A stretch of DNA of 64,000 nt from NCBI GenBank assembly GCA_002686835.1, contig NYYP01000011.1:15751-79750 (forward strand), written 5' to 3'. The notes under the pieces were generated by a model, which saw nothing but the letters and a program-made list of their open reading frames with translations, did not search any database and was not told the origin of the DNA. Positions 1-8,880 of this stretch are shown here, piece by piece (the first letter of the stretch is position 1; the number at the start of each line of letters is the position of its first letter). The DNA is from Opitutia bacterium (GTDB taxonomy: Bacteria; Verrucomicrobiota; Verrucomicrobiia; Opitutales; Seribacteraceae). The position numbers were made by a program, and so were the translations under genes.

Positions 1-315
1 TCTGCTGGTGGTACTCGTGATGAACTTAATCGTTACGACTTATCATTATCATACGAAATCAACAAAGATTTTATGGGAATAGAATTTAATCCAAAATACC
101 AAGTATCTTACAATGATTATCTCAATGGAAACAATGCTGACAGAACTCAACTCACTCACACATTCTCTTTAGATATTGTTTACCATATTACAGAATCGCT
201 CCGCTTTGAGACAATTAGTACCTATACATCAAATGATTCATCTGGTTCAAATGAAGATGATGATTACGAAATGTATGATCTTGGTGGCGGCTTACGCTTA
301 TCTGCTAGGTTCTGA
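1..315 (+). CDS. Outer-membrane beta-barrel protein, C-terminal part (5' truncated by window)
   Basis: Frame is open from base 1. Alternating beta-strand pattern and a C-terminal ...GGGLRLSARF ending in Phe (BAM signal). Confidence 0.65.
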   Translation, partial: SAGGTRDELNRYDLSLSYEINKDFMGIEFNPKYQVSYNDYLNGNNADRTQLTHTFSLDIVYHITESLRFETISTYTSNDSSGSNEDDDYEMYDLGGGLRLSARF

Positions 316-1046
316 AATCTTTCCCTAAATTCATACAAGCCGTTGGGTATTTCTTAACGGCTTTTTTTTTGTCAGGCAAAGACCTTACTGTAACGTTTCA
401 AAAAGGTGACATACATTTAATTGATTCAAATCAAACTGATTTAGTTTATCCTTTTTGTGATAATGGACAACAGATCGACAACCAGCACTTTATTTCAACT
501 GCAAACGGTTCCAGGTTTGAATTAAAATCAAATGATATTATTTGGCGAATTGGTAGCCAAAGTTTCGTTAAATTTGAAACAGAAAATCAAATATGGATAC
601 ATTCTGGGAGTTTGTTGATATGCTTGGAAAATGAAAAGTCGATTACTTTTAAATCAAGAATTTCAGAAGCCACTTTTTCTGGCAAAGGAACTATAATTAT
701 TGAAAGTTTAGAAAATGGTGGATTTAAATTTATTCCACTTGAGGGAGAAGGGGTTTTAAAAACGGAAATGGATGAACCGTTCTCTGTACTTGGAGGTAGA
801 CTAATTTTGGTGTTAGGTAGCCCAAGTTATCTTGGAAGTTCCTACGACATCGATTTAATGTTACTGCTTCAATCAAGTAAACTGATTAACTACTTTCCAA
901 CATCATTGAGTACATTCGACCAAATCGGACTTGCTTTGTACATACAGCAGCTAAAACTTAAAGGGAAGTATAATGCTCTTATCGGCGATGCTCATACTAA
1001 TGATGAGCTTCAAATATGGGCATTTGGTGACGAAGCTGATCAGTAG
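312..1046 (+). CDS. Secreted FecR-like beta-rich protein
   Basis: ORF 369..1046 extends in frame to CTG at 312, which overlaps the upstream TGA. This adds the signal-peptide-like KSFPKFIQAVGYFLTAFFLSG. FecR-like pattern ISTANGSRFEL...RIGSQS. Confidence 0.5.
   Translation: MKSFPKFIQAVGYFLTAFFLSGKDLTVTFQKGDIHLIDSNQTDLVYPFCDNGQQIDNQHFISTANGSRFELKSNDIIWRIGSQSFVKFETENQIWIHSGSLLICLENEKSITFKSRISEATFSGKGTIIIESLENGGFKFIPLEGEGVLKTEMDEPFSVLGGRLILVLGSPSYLGSSYDIDLMLLLQSSKLINYFPTSLSTFDQIGLALYIQQLKLKGKYNALIGDAHTNDELQIWAFGDEADQ
337..370 (+). terminator. Intrinsic terminator-like hairpin
   Basis: AAGCCGTTGGG-TATTT-CTTAACGGCTT stem-loop followed by a T run, just after the barrel gene stop. Confidence 0.55.
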
Positions 1047-1062
1047 GCCAAAACCAATCAAA

Positions 1063-1309
1063 TTAGTCTAATTCACTATGGGTCCCATCACAAAACGGAC
1101 CAGTTTTTGAATGCTTACAGTTACAAAAAGCCACTTTCTTTTCGTCTTTAATCTCGACCTTTTGTGGAGTAAAACTACTTCCTTTATGCGACCCATCACA
1201 AAAGGGCTGTTTGGAAGATTTCCCACAGGAACACCGCCAGTATACCCCTGGGCTCTAGCTTGAGAACGGTTGGCATTTTGGATGCAACCACAGGGATCTC
1301 TTCACCCAT
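1063..1309 (-). pseudogene. Double CDGSH [2Fe-2S] protein (MiNT-like), interrupted by one extra base
   Basis: ATG at 1309 gives MGEEIPVVASKMPTVLKLEP. The +1 frame then reads GVYWRCSCGKSSKQPFCDGSH...CNCKHSKTGPFCDGTHSELD*. Span is 247 nt (3n+1). Confidence 0.85.
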
Positions 1310-1315
1310 AACCAG

Positions 1316-1489
1316 TTACTTGCTTGATTCTTCGGAATGATCGGGGTAAAGCACTGCATCTACATAAATTTTAGATGCAATTATTCCCAGAAGCAGGACT
1401 AAAAACATCGCAACGGGAACGAGAACTACGGGTAGTCTCATCCGGGTGTGGCCAAATTTAGGGTCATCTATAAAATCGTGTGAACTCAT
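1316..1489 (-). CDS. Small single-pass membrane protein (57 aa)
   Basis: MSSHDFIDDPKFGHTRMRLPVVLVPVAMFLVLLLGIIASKIYVDAVLYPDHSEESSK*. It fills the gap between korB and the CDGSH gene and is below the ORF-track cutoff. Confidence 0.65.
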   Translation of the reverse strand: MSSHDFIDDPKFGHTRMRLPVVLVPVAMFLVLLLGIIASKIYVDAVLYPDHSEESSK

Positions 1490-1554
1490 AGTCGTTATAA
1501 ATGTAGGAATGAACTGATCGAGGTCAATTAGGTTCGAAAGTATAAAAGAAAACC

Positions 1555-2574
1555 TTACTCAACCACCCAGGAATTCTTACCAGTAAGTAATTCCTGGAGA
1601 TTACCATCTCCTTGTGCCTGGGCAGATTTAATTTGTGCATGAAGGGCATCTTCATAAGTCTCCCGACCTTCCACCTGACGAAGTATACCAAAAGGTGTAG
1701 GAAATGCAGGATAAGCCATTTGGGCAAGAATAGAGGCGTAAGCAGGATTGGATGTCTTGGACTGGTGAACCAACAAGTCCGACTCTTCCACCCCATTGCC
1801 AAGTTCCACAACCTCAGGATCAAATCCATTCAAACGAATGCCTTTGTTTTCTCCAAAGCGTAAGGGTTGCCCCTCTGCCAGCATCAATGCTTGTTCACCA
1901 CGAACCTCTCTCCCGGTAACTGGGTCAAAGGCATGGTTGTTGAAAATCACACAGTTTTGAAAAATTTCCACAAAAGAAGTGCCTTTGTGCGCATGGGCAG
2001 CTTTAAAGGTCTCGACCATATGCTTTTGATCGGTGTCGGAAGTGCGGGCAACAAAGGTAGCTTCACTACCCAACGCAAATAAAAGAGGATTGATAGGGTA
2101 ATCCAGAGAGCCAGCCGGTGTGCTTTTGGTTTTCTTACCTACTTCAGAAGTTGGGCTGTACTGCCCCTTGGTCAAACCATAGATCCGGTTATTAAAAAGC
2201 AGTACATTGATATCAAGGTTGCGTCGCAGAAGATGCATCAGATGGTTTCCACCAATGGACAAACCATCCCCGTCACCTGTTACCATCCAAACCGACAAAT
2301 CAGGATTGGCTGACTTCACTCCAGTGGCCACTGTGGGTGCCCGGCCATGAATGGTGTGAAATCCATAAGTGTTCATGTAGTAGGGAAAACGGCTGGAACA
2401 GCCAATTCCGCTGACCACCACAAATTTTTCCTTGGGCACCCCGAGCTCAGGTAAGGTACGCTGAACCGCATTAAGGATCGCATAGTCTCCACAGCCCGGA
2501 CACCACCGAACATCATTTTCGGTGACGAAATCCTTCTTCGTTAAACTGCTTTCTTCGGTATTTGTTGTACTCAT
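1555..2574 (-). CDS. korB: 2-oxoacid:ferredoxin oxidoreductase beta subunit
   Basis: WCPGCGD, SGIGCS, GDGD TPP-binding and NNxIYGLTKGQ motifs. Confidence 0.95.
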   Translation of the reverse strand: MSTTNTEESSLTKKDFVTENDVRWCPGCGDYAILNAVQRTLPELGVPKEKFVVVSGIGCSSRFPYYMNTYGFHTIHGRAPTVATGVKSANPDLSVWMVTGDGDGLSIGGNHLMHLLRRNLDINVLLFNNRIYGLTKGQYSPTSEVGKKTKSTPAGSLDYPINPLLFALGSEATFVARTSDTDQKHMVETFKAAHAHKGTSFVEIFQNCVIFNNHAFDPVTGREVRGEQALMLAEGQPLRFGENKGIRLNGFDPEVVELGNGVEESDLLVHQSKTSNPAYASILAQMAYPAFPTPFGILRQVEGRETYEDALHAQIKSAQAQGDGNLQELLTGKNSWVVE

Positions 2575-2588
2575 GGCAAATTTTATAT

Positions 2589-4430
2589 TCAGGACAACTC
2601 CTTGTGAAATGCTTCACGCAGCTCAGAAACCTTGAAAGGCTTACCCTGCACTTTGGTCAAGGGGATGGCATCCACCAGATATTTAGCCCGCAAAATTAAG
2701 CTCAACTGGCCTAGATTCAATTCAGGTACAATGACTTTTTTGAATTTGGAAATAATATCTCCCAGATCCTTGGGTAGTGGATTGAGGTGCCTCAAATGAA
2801 GACTTGATACCGCAAAACCTTCGGCCTGCATTGCCTGTACAGCTGAAGTAATCGCACCATAAGTTCCTCCCCATCCAATCACAAGTAAATCGCCCTCCCC
2901 TTCTCCATGTAATTCGGTCGGGGCTAAGGAGTCCGCAATCCGCTCAACTTTATCTGCACGAAGATGAGTCATTTGTTCGTGATTATCTGGGTCATAGCTA
3001 ACGCCACCATCTTCCGCTTTTTCAAGACCACCAATACGGTGTTCCAAGCCAGGCTGTCCAGGAATTGCCTGAGTACGGGCCAATGTTTCGGGATTCCTTT
3101 TGTAGGAAACATAAGGCTCATCCGGATTGGCAAATTCTGCTTCAATACTGGGAAGAACAGAAGCGTTGGGAACTAACCAAGGTTCAGCTCCATTGGCAAC
3201 ATAGAGGTCACTGAGAAAAATAACCGGAGTACAATAAGTCAGTGCAATACGGCATGCTTCAATTGCACAATCAAAGCAATCAGAAGGCGAATGTGCGGCA
3301 ATAACGGGCAATGGACAGTCGCCGTGACGAGAAAAAAGACTTTGTAATAAATCGCTCTGCTCTGTCTTGGTAGGCAATCCCGTGCTTGGACCACCGCGTT
3401 GAACATTACAGATAATCACAGGCAATTCGGTAATGCTGGCTAACCCGATAAATTCACTTTTTAAGCACATCCCTGGACCACTGGTGGCGACCACGGATAA
3501 ATCACCAGCAAAACTAGCACCAATCGCCACGCCCATGGCGGCGATCTCGTCTTCCGCCTGCACGGTTTTTACTCCATACTTCTTTAACGCAGACAAACCT
3601 TCAAGCACAGGTGAAGCAGGAGTAATGGGATAACCGGAGTAAAGCAATTCACGATTGGCACATTGAGCACCTGCAACCAAGCCATATACCGTGGCTTCAT
3701 TTCCTGAGATTTTCCGATACACACCAGGCGTGACGGCCGCTTTGGCTAATTGGTAGCGATTGCGGGCCGTCTCCATGGTATCGCCCAGATTATGACCCGC
3801 CTTGAGAGCTGTGGAATTGGCATCCGCAACATCTGGTAAACGCTTGCCCCATTTCTGATCAAAGAAGTTTAGCGTTGGCTCAAGCGGACGACCATACACA
3901 TAGCACATGAAACCAAGAGCAAAGAAATTTTTACAACGGGCTTTGTCTGATGGCTTAAGTGGACTTTCAGACAAAGCTTCCTTGGTCAAAGATGTGAGAT
4001 CCAATTCGATAAGCTGATATTTTTTACGAAATTCCTCATCCTCCAAAGGATTGGATTCGTACCCGGCTTTTTTTAGATTCATTTTTTTGAATGAATCCAC
4101 ATTAACCACAAGCATCCCACCCTCGGGTAAGTCCGCAATATTTGCCTTGAGGGCTGCAGGATTCATCGCAACCAAAGCGTCAGGTTCGTCTCCTGGAGTG
4201 AGGATTGATGTGCTTCCGAATTGCAACTGATAACCGGATACACCGGCAAGTGTACCAGCAGGTGCCCGGATTTCCGCAGGGAAGTCGGGCAATGTGGCAA
4301 TATCATTGCCCGCAAATGCGCTGGAATCGGTGAAGCGTTCGCCTATGGTTTGCATTCCATCGCCGGAGTCTCCAGCAAAGCGTACCACGGCAGATTTGAT
4401 TTCTTCAAAAGAATCAGTTGCTTGTGTCAT
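2589..4430 (-). CDS. korA: 2-oxoacid:ferredoxin oxidoreductase alpha subunit (gamma-alpha fusion)
   Basis: FAGDSGDG, YPITP, EDEIAA, TSGPG and QRGGPSTGLPT motifs. Confidence 0.95.
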   Translation of the reverse strand: MTQATDSFEEIKSAVVRFAGDSGDGMQTIGERFTDSSAFAGNDIATLPDFPAEIRAPAGTLAGVSGYQLQFGSTSILTPGDEPDALVAMNPAALKANIADLPEGGMLVVNVDSFKKMNLKKAGYESNPLEDEEFRKKYQLIELDLTSLTKEALSESPLKPSDKARCKNFFALGFMCYVYGRPLEPTLNFFDQKWGKRLPDVADANSTALKAGHNLGDTMETARNRYQLAKAAVTPGVYRKISGNEATVYGLVAGAQCANRELLYSGYPITPASPVLEGLSALKKYGVKTVQAEDEIAAMGVAIGASFAGDLSVVATSGPGMCLKSEFIGLASITELPVIICNVQRGGPSTGLPTKTEQSDLLQSLFSRHGDCPLPVIAAHSPSDCFDCAIEACRIALTYCTPVIFLSDLYVANGAEPWLVPNASVLPSIEAEFANPDEPYVSYKRNPETLARTQAIPGQPGLEHRIGGLEKAEDGGVSYDPDNHEQMTHLRADKVERIADSLAPTELHGEGEGDLLVIGWGGTYGAITSAVQAMQAEGFAVSSLHLRHLNPLPKDLGDIISKFKKVIVPELNLGQLSLILRAKYLVDAIPLTKVQGKPFKVSELREAFHKELS

Positions 4431-4556
4431 TGGTTGAGGGGAGGTTAGTAATGTAAAAAACGAAATATTTTATGAAGTTTGCTGAGGCGTTGCACAACGA
4501 AATTCTAAATAAAATTATAATAGTTGCACATTTGATTCTGGCACTGATCCGAATGA

Positions 4557-5129
4557 TCACAAATTATCAGCAGGCAAAGGAAAGGGAAAAAGATTAAATG
4601 CCAGGGAAAGACGGTTCGTATTTGAACGATTTTCCCGAACCCCATGCCGCATCCAAGGTTCAAAAAGAACGAGCTTTCCAACGCTCGGCATAATATCCAA
4701 ATCCACCTCACCATCCATGTGAAAATGCAGGTTTCCTGATTTCTCCTCACAAGACAAATAAACCACTCCTGAAAGAATGGCATGATCGGCATGATCATGC
4801 AGCCCAGTGGACTCTCCCGGTTCTGCAAAATTAAACCAGAAAGGCGGATATTTTTCCTTGGATCCAGGTAATGGATCAAAAAGGATAACGCTCGATATCC
4901 CTAGTTTTTCTTTTCCACAATCTCGGGCAAAACGGATAGGGATCCGTGCAGAACCCACATCTTCCACATCAAGATACAAGTTTTCCCAGCGCCCACCTAT
5001 TTTATGGGACTTTTGGGCATGGTCCACATTTTGATGGAATTGAACCAGTAAGTTCGGCACCCAGTCCTCCCAATTGGGCATTTCTACCTCCAGTATTTTT
5101 CCCCCACCCCATGAAAAGAGTTTATGCAT
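4557..5129 (-). CDS. Putative 2OG-Fe(II) oxygenase (TIGR02466-like)
   Basis: HDH...LSGVVYL, LVLFEPWMRHGV and RLSLAFN motifs. Confidence 0.75.
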   Translation of the reverse strand: MHKLFSWGGGKILEVEMPNWEDWVPNLLVQFHQNVDHAQKSHKIGGRWENLYLDVEDVGSARIPIRFARDCGKEKLGISSVILFDPLPGSKEKYPPFWFNFAEPGESTGLHDHADHAILSGVVYLSCEEKSGNLHFHMDGEVDLDIMPSVGKLVLFEPWMRHGVRENRSNTNRLSLAFNLFPFPLPADNL

Positions 5130-5134
5130 TAATC

Positions 5135-5644
5135 TTAAGATTCCACAGGAGGAGCTAATTTTTCAATTAAATCAGAATATTTTTTAAACCTTTCACTTAG
5201 TACTAATGGATCAGGCCATGAAAACCCAGCGTCAATATATCCGGGACATACCGAGCAACTAACTAACGAGAAGGGCATGTTGGAATGCTTGCATGGAGTA
5301 ACGCCAAAAATAGTTTCAGCGGGAATGGTATACTGAGCAAGAGAAGCTGAATGACTTGAAAGGTTCCCCAACTGGATCGAATGATAATCATTTTTAGAAA
5401 ACATATGTAAAAGCAAGGGGGCACCCTGATGGAAATACCATGTCTCATCCGCGTCCAGACTGTGTAAGCGGGAAACCTCTACTCTATTAAGCAGGTATAA
5501 AATAGAAGTTCCAGCAGGCCGGAAACCATTGGGAGATTCTATTATCTCTGTAGACTCATAGGTACGCCTTAACCACCCACCTTCTGGATGTGGATCCAGC
5601 GAGAAACGATCAATAACCTCTTCTGCGGAAAACAACAAAATCAA
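5135..5644 (-). CDS. Cupin_5 (DUF985 / YML079w-like) protein
   Basis: LDPHPEGGW, TSILYLL, HSLDADETWYFHQG and SLVSCSVCPG motifs. A TTG start overlapping the speB stop is preferred to 5674. Confidence 0.85.
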   Translation of the reverse strand: MILLFSAEEVIDRFSLDPHPEGGWLRRTYESTEIIESPNGFRPAGTSILYLLNRVEVSRLHSLDADETWYFHQGAPLLLHMFSKNDYHSIQLGNLSSHSASLAQYTIPAETIFGVTPCKHSNMPFSLVSCSVCPGYIDAGFSWPDPLVLSERFKKYSDLIEKLAPPVES

Positions 5645-6474
5645 ACCAATTCCATCAACCTCTGCAGGAGACAAGCGGCCGTGAATGGGGAAACGATATC
5701 CCCCTGAAGGGGCGAAAGTTCAACTAAATCCATGCCCACACATGTTTTTCCCACAAGAGCAGATTTTACCAAGTCAATCGCCTGGTAATAGGTAAGACCT
5801 CCGGGTACAGGCGTACCTACGGCGGGCATAATCGATGGATCCAACCCATCCAGATCAAAACTTAGGTATACGAGTTCAGGAAAATCAGTAGGCAATCGGA
5901 TATAATTGGTTTGATTACGGACTAATTGTTCCCCGTCCCAAAAGATCACTCCATTTTCCTGACGGAAGTTTTTTTCCTGCTCACAAAGTGCACGAACCCC
6001 GATAGAAGCAAGCTTGTGACCTTCTGCAACCAGTAAGTTCATCGCACTGGCATGGGAGTGAGGATTGCCCTCATAACTTTGCCGCAGATCGGCATGGGCA
6101 TCCATTTGAATAATTCCGATTTTTTGTCCAAGCGTATCAGCAACTCCATTTACTGCTGCCCAGGAGAGAGAATGTTCCCCACCTAAAACAATAGGCATTT
6201 TTTTTGCCTGAACCACTTTATAAACCCGATCCCGCAATTCGGAAAGGCAGGCTTTATGATCAGCAGAGCAATCAATTTCTTGCTGCGTAAAAATTCCCTG
6301 CTCACAAATAGAGGATCTTTCCAGTTCCTGGCTAGCTTCAAGAATCGCTTTGGGACCGCCGGAAGTACCAGCACCATAGGAAACAGTTTTTTCCATCGGG
6401 CAGGGAATAACCTGAAACCGTGAATATTCTTTCTGATTTTCGGCCTCCAATAACTCTGACGCTAGAAATTGCAT
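5641..6474 (-). CDS. speB: Agmatinase
   Basis: GGEHS, DAHADL and SFDLDGLDP...GTPVPGG ureohydrolase motifs; lies in the speA operon. Confidence 0.9.
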   Translation of the reverse strand: MQFLASELLEAENQKEYSRFQVIPCPMEKTVSYGAGTSGGPKAILEASQELERSSICEQGIFTQQEIDCSADHKACLSELRDRVYKVVQAKKMPIVLGGEHSLSWAAVNGVADTLGQKIGIIQMDAHADLRQSYEGNPHSHASAMNLLVAEGHKLASIGVRALCEQEKNFRQENGVIFWDGEQLVRNQTNYIRLPTDFPELVYLSFDLDGLDPSIMPAVGTPVPGGLTYYQAIDLVKSALVGKTCVGMDLVELSPLQGDIVSPFTAACLLQRLMELV

Positions 6475-6487
6475 AGCTGTAAATTCC

Positions 6488-7663
6488 TTATGATAAACGG
6501 TTCACAAATTCCTCATAGTTAAATTGCCTGATCATTTTAAGCTCATCCGTTTTAGAATTCCATAAAGCAATTGCAGGCAAGGGGACACCGTTAAAGGTAT
6601 TTGCCTTCACCATGGTGTAATGAGCCTGGTCAAGAAAAGCCACTCTGTCGCCACGATTCAATTCGTCAGATAATTGATAGCTACCAAAGCTATCTGCGGT
6701 TAAGCAACTGGATCCACCAAGGAAATATTCATAACCTTCCTCCATTATCTCCCCTAACAACGCGGGGCGGTAGGGAGCTTCAATCACATCGGGGGCGTGA
6801 CAGGTGGCACTGAGATCAAGGAGGGCATGCCTCTTTTCTGCATCCATGATATCCAAAACTTCTCCCACCAGAATCCCCGCATCCAATGCAACTGCTTCAC
6901 CAGGCTCCAGGAAAACTTCCACTTCATATTTTTGGGAAATTTGGGAAATCAGTTCAACCAATCCATCGCGGTCATAATCATCTCTTGTACAATGATGCCC
7001 CCCTCCCAGATTGATCCACTCTAAATGATGAAGAGTACCGCCCAGTTGTTGCTCAATTCTTTGCCAAGTTTTTAGCAGAGGCTCAAAGTTTTGCTCGCAC
7101 AACGTGTGAAAGTGGAGGCCCTGAAAACCGGATAGTTCCCCGGTGCCCAATTTACTCATGGGGTAGCCAAGTCTGGAATTCTCCGCACACGGATCATATT
7201 TTGGGTCAAGTCCCAGAGACAGTTCCGGGTTGATCCTTAGACCGGTCGAAACTCCTGATTTTCTTGCATACTGTAATCCAAATGCATGAGGGGAGTTAAA
7301 AATTAGATGGTCAGAAAGTGAACAGATCTCCTCGATTTCTTCTTCACGCAAAGCAGGAGAAAAAGTGGAAAGAACTTTTTCATTCTTTTGCGGTACAAAA
7401 TTTTTCTCCCGTGCCAGCCTACTTTCCCACAAACCGGAGGTACAACAGCCATCCAAATATTCTTCAACCAATCCTGCGAGGGACCACATCGAAAAGGCCT
7501 TCAATGCAAGTAAGACCCTCGCACCCGAACGATCTCCAATATCCCGAAGGATTTGAAGATTGGAACGGATTTTTTCCTCATCCACCACATAGCAGGGAGT
7601 GGGCACCCGCTTTAGATCAAACTGGGCAAAGGCACCCGGTCCTCCGCTTTGTGTGGGAAGCAT
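6488..7663 (-). CDS. nspC: Carboxy(nor)spermidine decarboxylase
   Basis: TPCYVVDE, LALKAF (PLP Lys), YDPCA, HFHTLCEQ and HYTMVKxNTFNG motifs. Confidence 0.93.
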   Translation of the reverse strand: MLPTQSGGPGAFAQFDLKRVPTPCYVVDEEKIRSNLQILRDIGDRSGARVLLALKAFSMWSLAGLVEEYLDGCCTSGLWESRLAREKNFVPQKNEKVLSTFSPALREEEIEEICSLSDHLIFNSPHAFGLQYARKSGVSTGLRINPELSLGLDPKYDPCAENSRLGYPMSKLGTGELSGFQGLHFHTLCEQNFEPLLKTWQRIEQQLGGTLHHLEWINLGGGHHCTRDDYDRDGLVELISQISQKYEVEVFLEPGEAVALDAGILVGEVLDIMDAEKRHALLDLSATCHAPDVIEAPYRPALLGEIMEEGYEYFLGGSSCLTADSFGSYQLSDELNRGDRVAFLDQAHYTMVKANTFNGVPLPAIALWNSKTDELKMIRQFNYEEFVNRLS

Positions 7664-8868
7664 CAGAAACTCAACGGGGCATCCAATTGGCGGAACTCCC
7701 AGGGAAGACCGTGCTGGTTAAGCATATCCATGAAGGGGTCCGGATCGAGCTGTTCCATATTAAACACTCCCCTGCCCTGCCAGGTTCCTTTAAGTATAAG
7801 AGCGGCCCCAATCATGGCGGGTACTCCCGTGGTGTAACTTACTGCCTGACTGCCCACTTCCCGAAAACAGGCTTCATGATCACATACATTAAACAAATAT
7901 TTAGTGACCTTTGCACCGTCCTTTTCTCCGCTGATAATATTTCCAATACAGGTCTTCCCTTTGGTGCGCTCTCCGAGCCCACCGGGGTCCGGCAAAACCG
8001 CCTTGAGGAACTGTAGAGGAATGATTTCCTGGCCCTGATAAATAATCGGTTCGATGGAAGTGAGTCCGACATTTTGCAGTACTTCTAAATGCGTTAAATA
8101 AGCATCGCCAAAAGTCATCCAAAAGCGTGCCCGTTGAATATGGGGAAAATGTTTCACCAAGGATTCCAGTTCCTCATGGTACATTAGGTACATGTTCCTG
8201 TCCCCAACTTCCGGGAAGTCAAAGGTCTGCTTGGAAGAAAGTGCTGGAGATTCCACCCAGTCACCTTGCTCCCAATGCCTGGTTGGTGCCGTTACTTCAC
8301 GGATATTGATCTCTGGATTGAAATTGGTGGCAAAGGGATGACCATGATCTCCCCCATTGCAGTCCAGGATATCAAGCGTATCCATGCGGTCAAAATGATG
8401 CTTGGCCAACCAGGCGGTGAATACATTGGTCACGCCCGGATCAAATCCAGAACCAAGCAATGCCATCAGCCCGGCCTTTTCAAACCGCTCCTGGTATTCC
8501 CATTGCCAACGGTACTCAAACTTAGCCTCGTCCTTTGGCTCATAGTTGGCAGTATCCAGGTAGGAAACTCCTGCCTCCAAGCATGCATCCATCAACGGAA
8601 GGTCCTGATAAGGAAGAGCAAGATTCACTAAAAGATCCGGCTTAACCTGCTCGAGCAAACGGACAGTTTGCCCGACTTCATCCGCATCCACTTCAGCGGT
8701 TTCAATCTTTACCCCAAACCTTTGCTTTACCGAATCCGCAATTTTCTGACAGGATGAAATTCTGCGGCTGGCCAAGGTGATGGATGAAAACACTTCCGAC
8801 AATTGAGCCATTTTATGAACTGCGACTGAGCCGACTCCACCGGCTCCAATGACCAATACTTTAGACAT
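7663..8868 (-). CDS. Carboxy(nor)spermidine dehydrogenase (saccharopine dehydrogenase family)
   Basis: GAGGVG, YLDTANYEP, GFDPG and ATNFNPEINIRE motifs; directly upstream of nspC. Confidence 0.9.
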   Translation of the reverse strand: MSKVLVIGAGGVGSVAVHKMAQLSEVFSSITLASRRISSCQKIADSVKQRFGVKIETAEVDADEVGQTVRLLEQVKPDLLVNLALPYQDLPLMDACLEAGVSYLDTANYEPKDEAKFEYRWQWEYQERFEKAGLMALLGSGFDPGVTNVFTAWLAKHHFDRMDTLDILDCNGGDHGHPFATNFNPEINIREVTAPTRHWEQGDWVESPALSSKQTFDFPEVGDRNMYLMYHEELESLVKHFPHIQRARFWMTFGDAYLTHLEVLQNVGLTSIEPIIYQGQEIIPLQFLKAVLPDPGGLGERTKGKTCIGNIISGEKDGAKVTKYLFNVCDHEACFREVGSQAVSYTTGVPAMIGAALILKGTWQGRGVFNMEQLDPDPFMDMLNQHGLPWEFRQLDAPLSF

Positions 8869-8880
8869 ATTTTTCCTTTC

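Noticed and set aside
7318-8016. 232-aa plus-strand ORF and the many other shadow ORFs in the track
   Set aside because: They are antisense or out-of-frame overlaps of well-supported genes and have no recognisable motifs.
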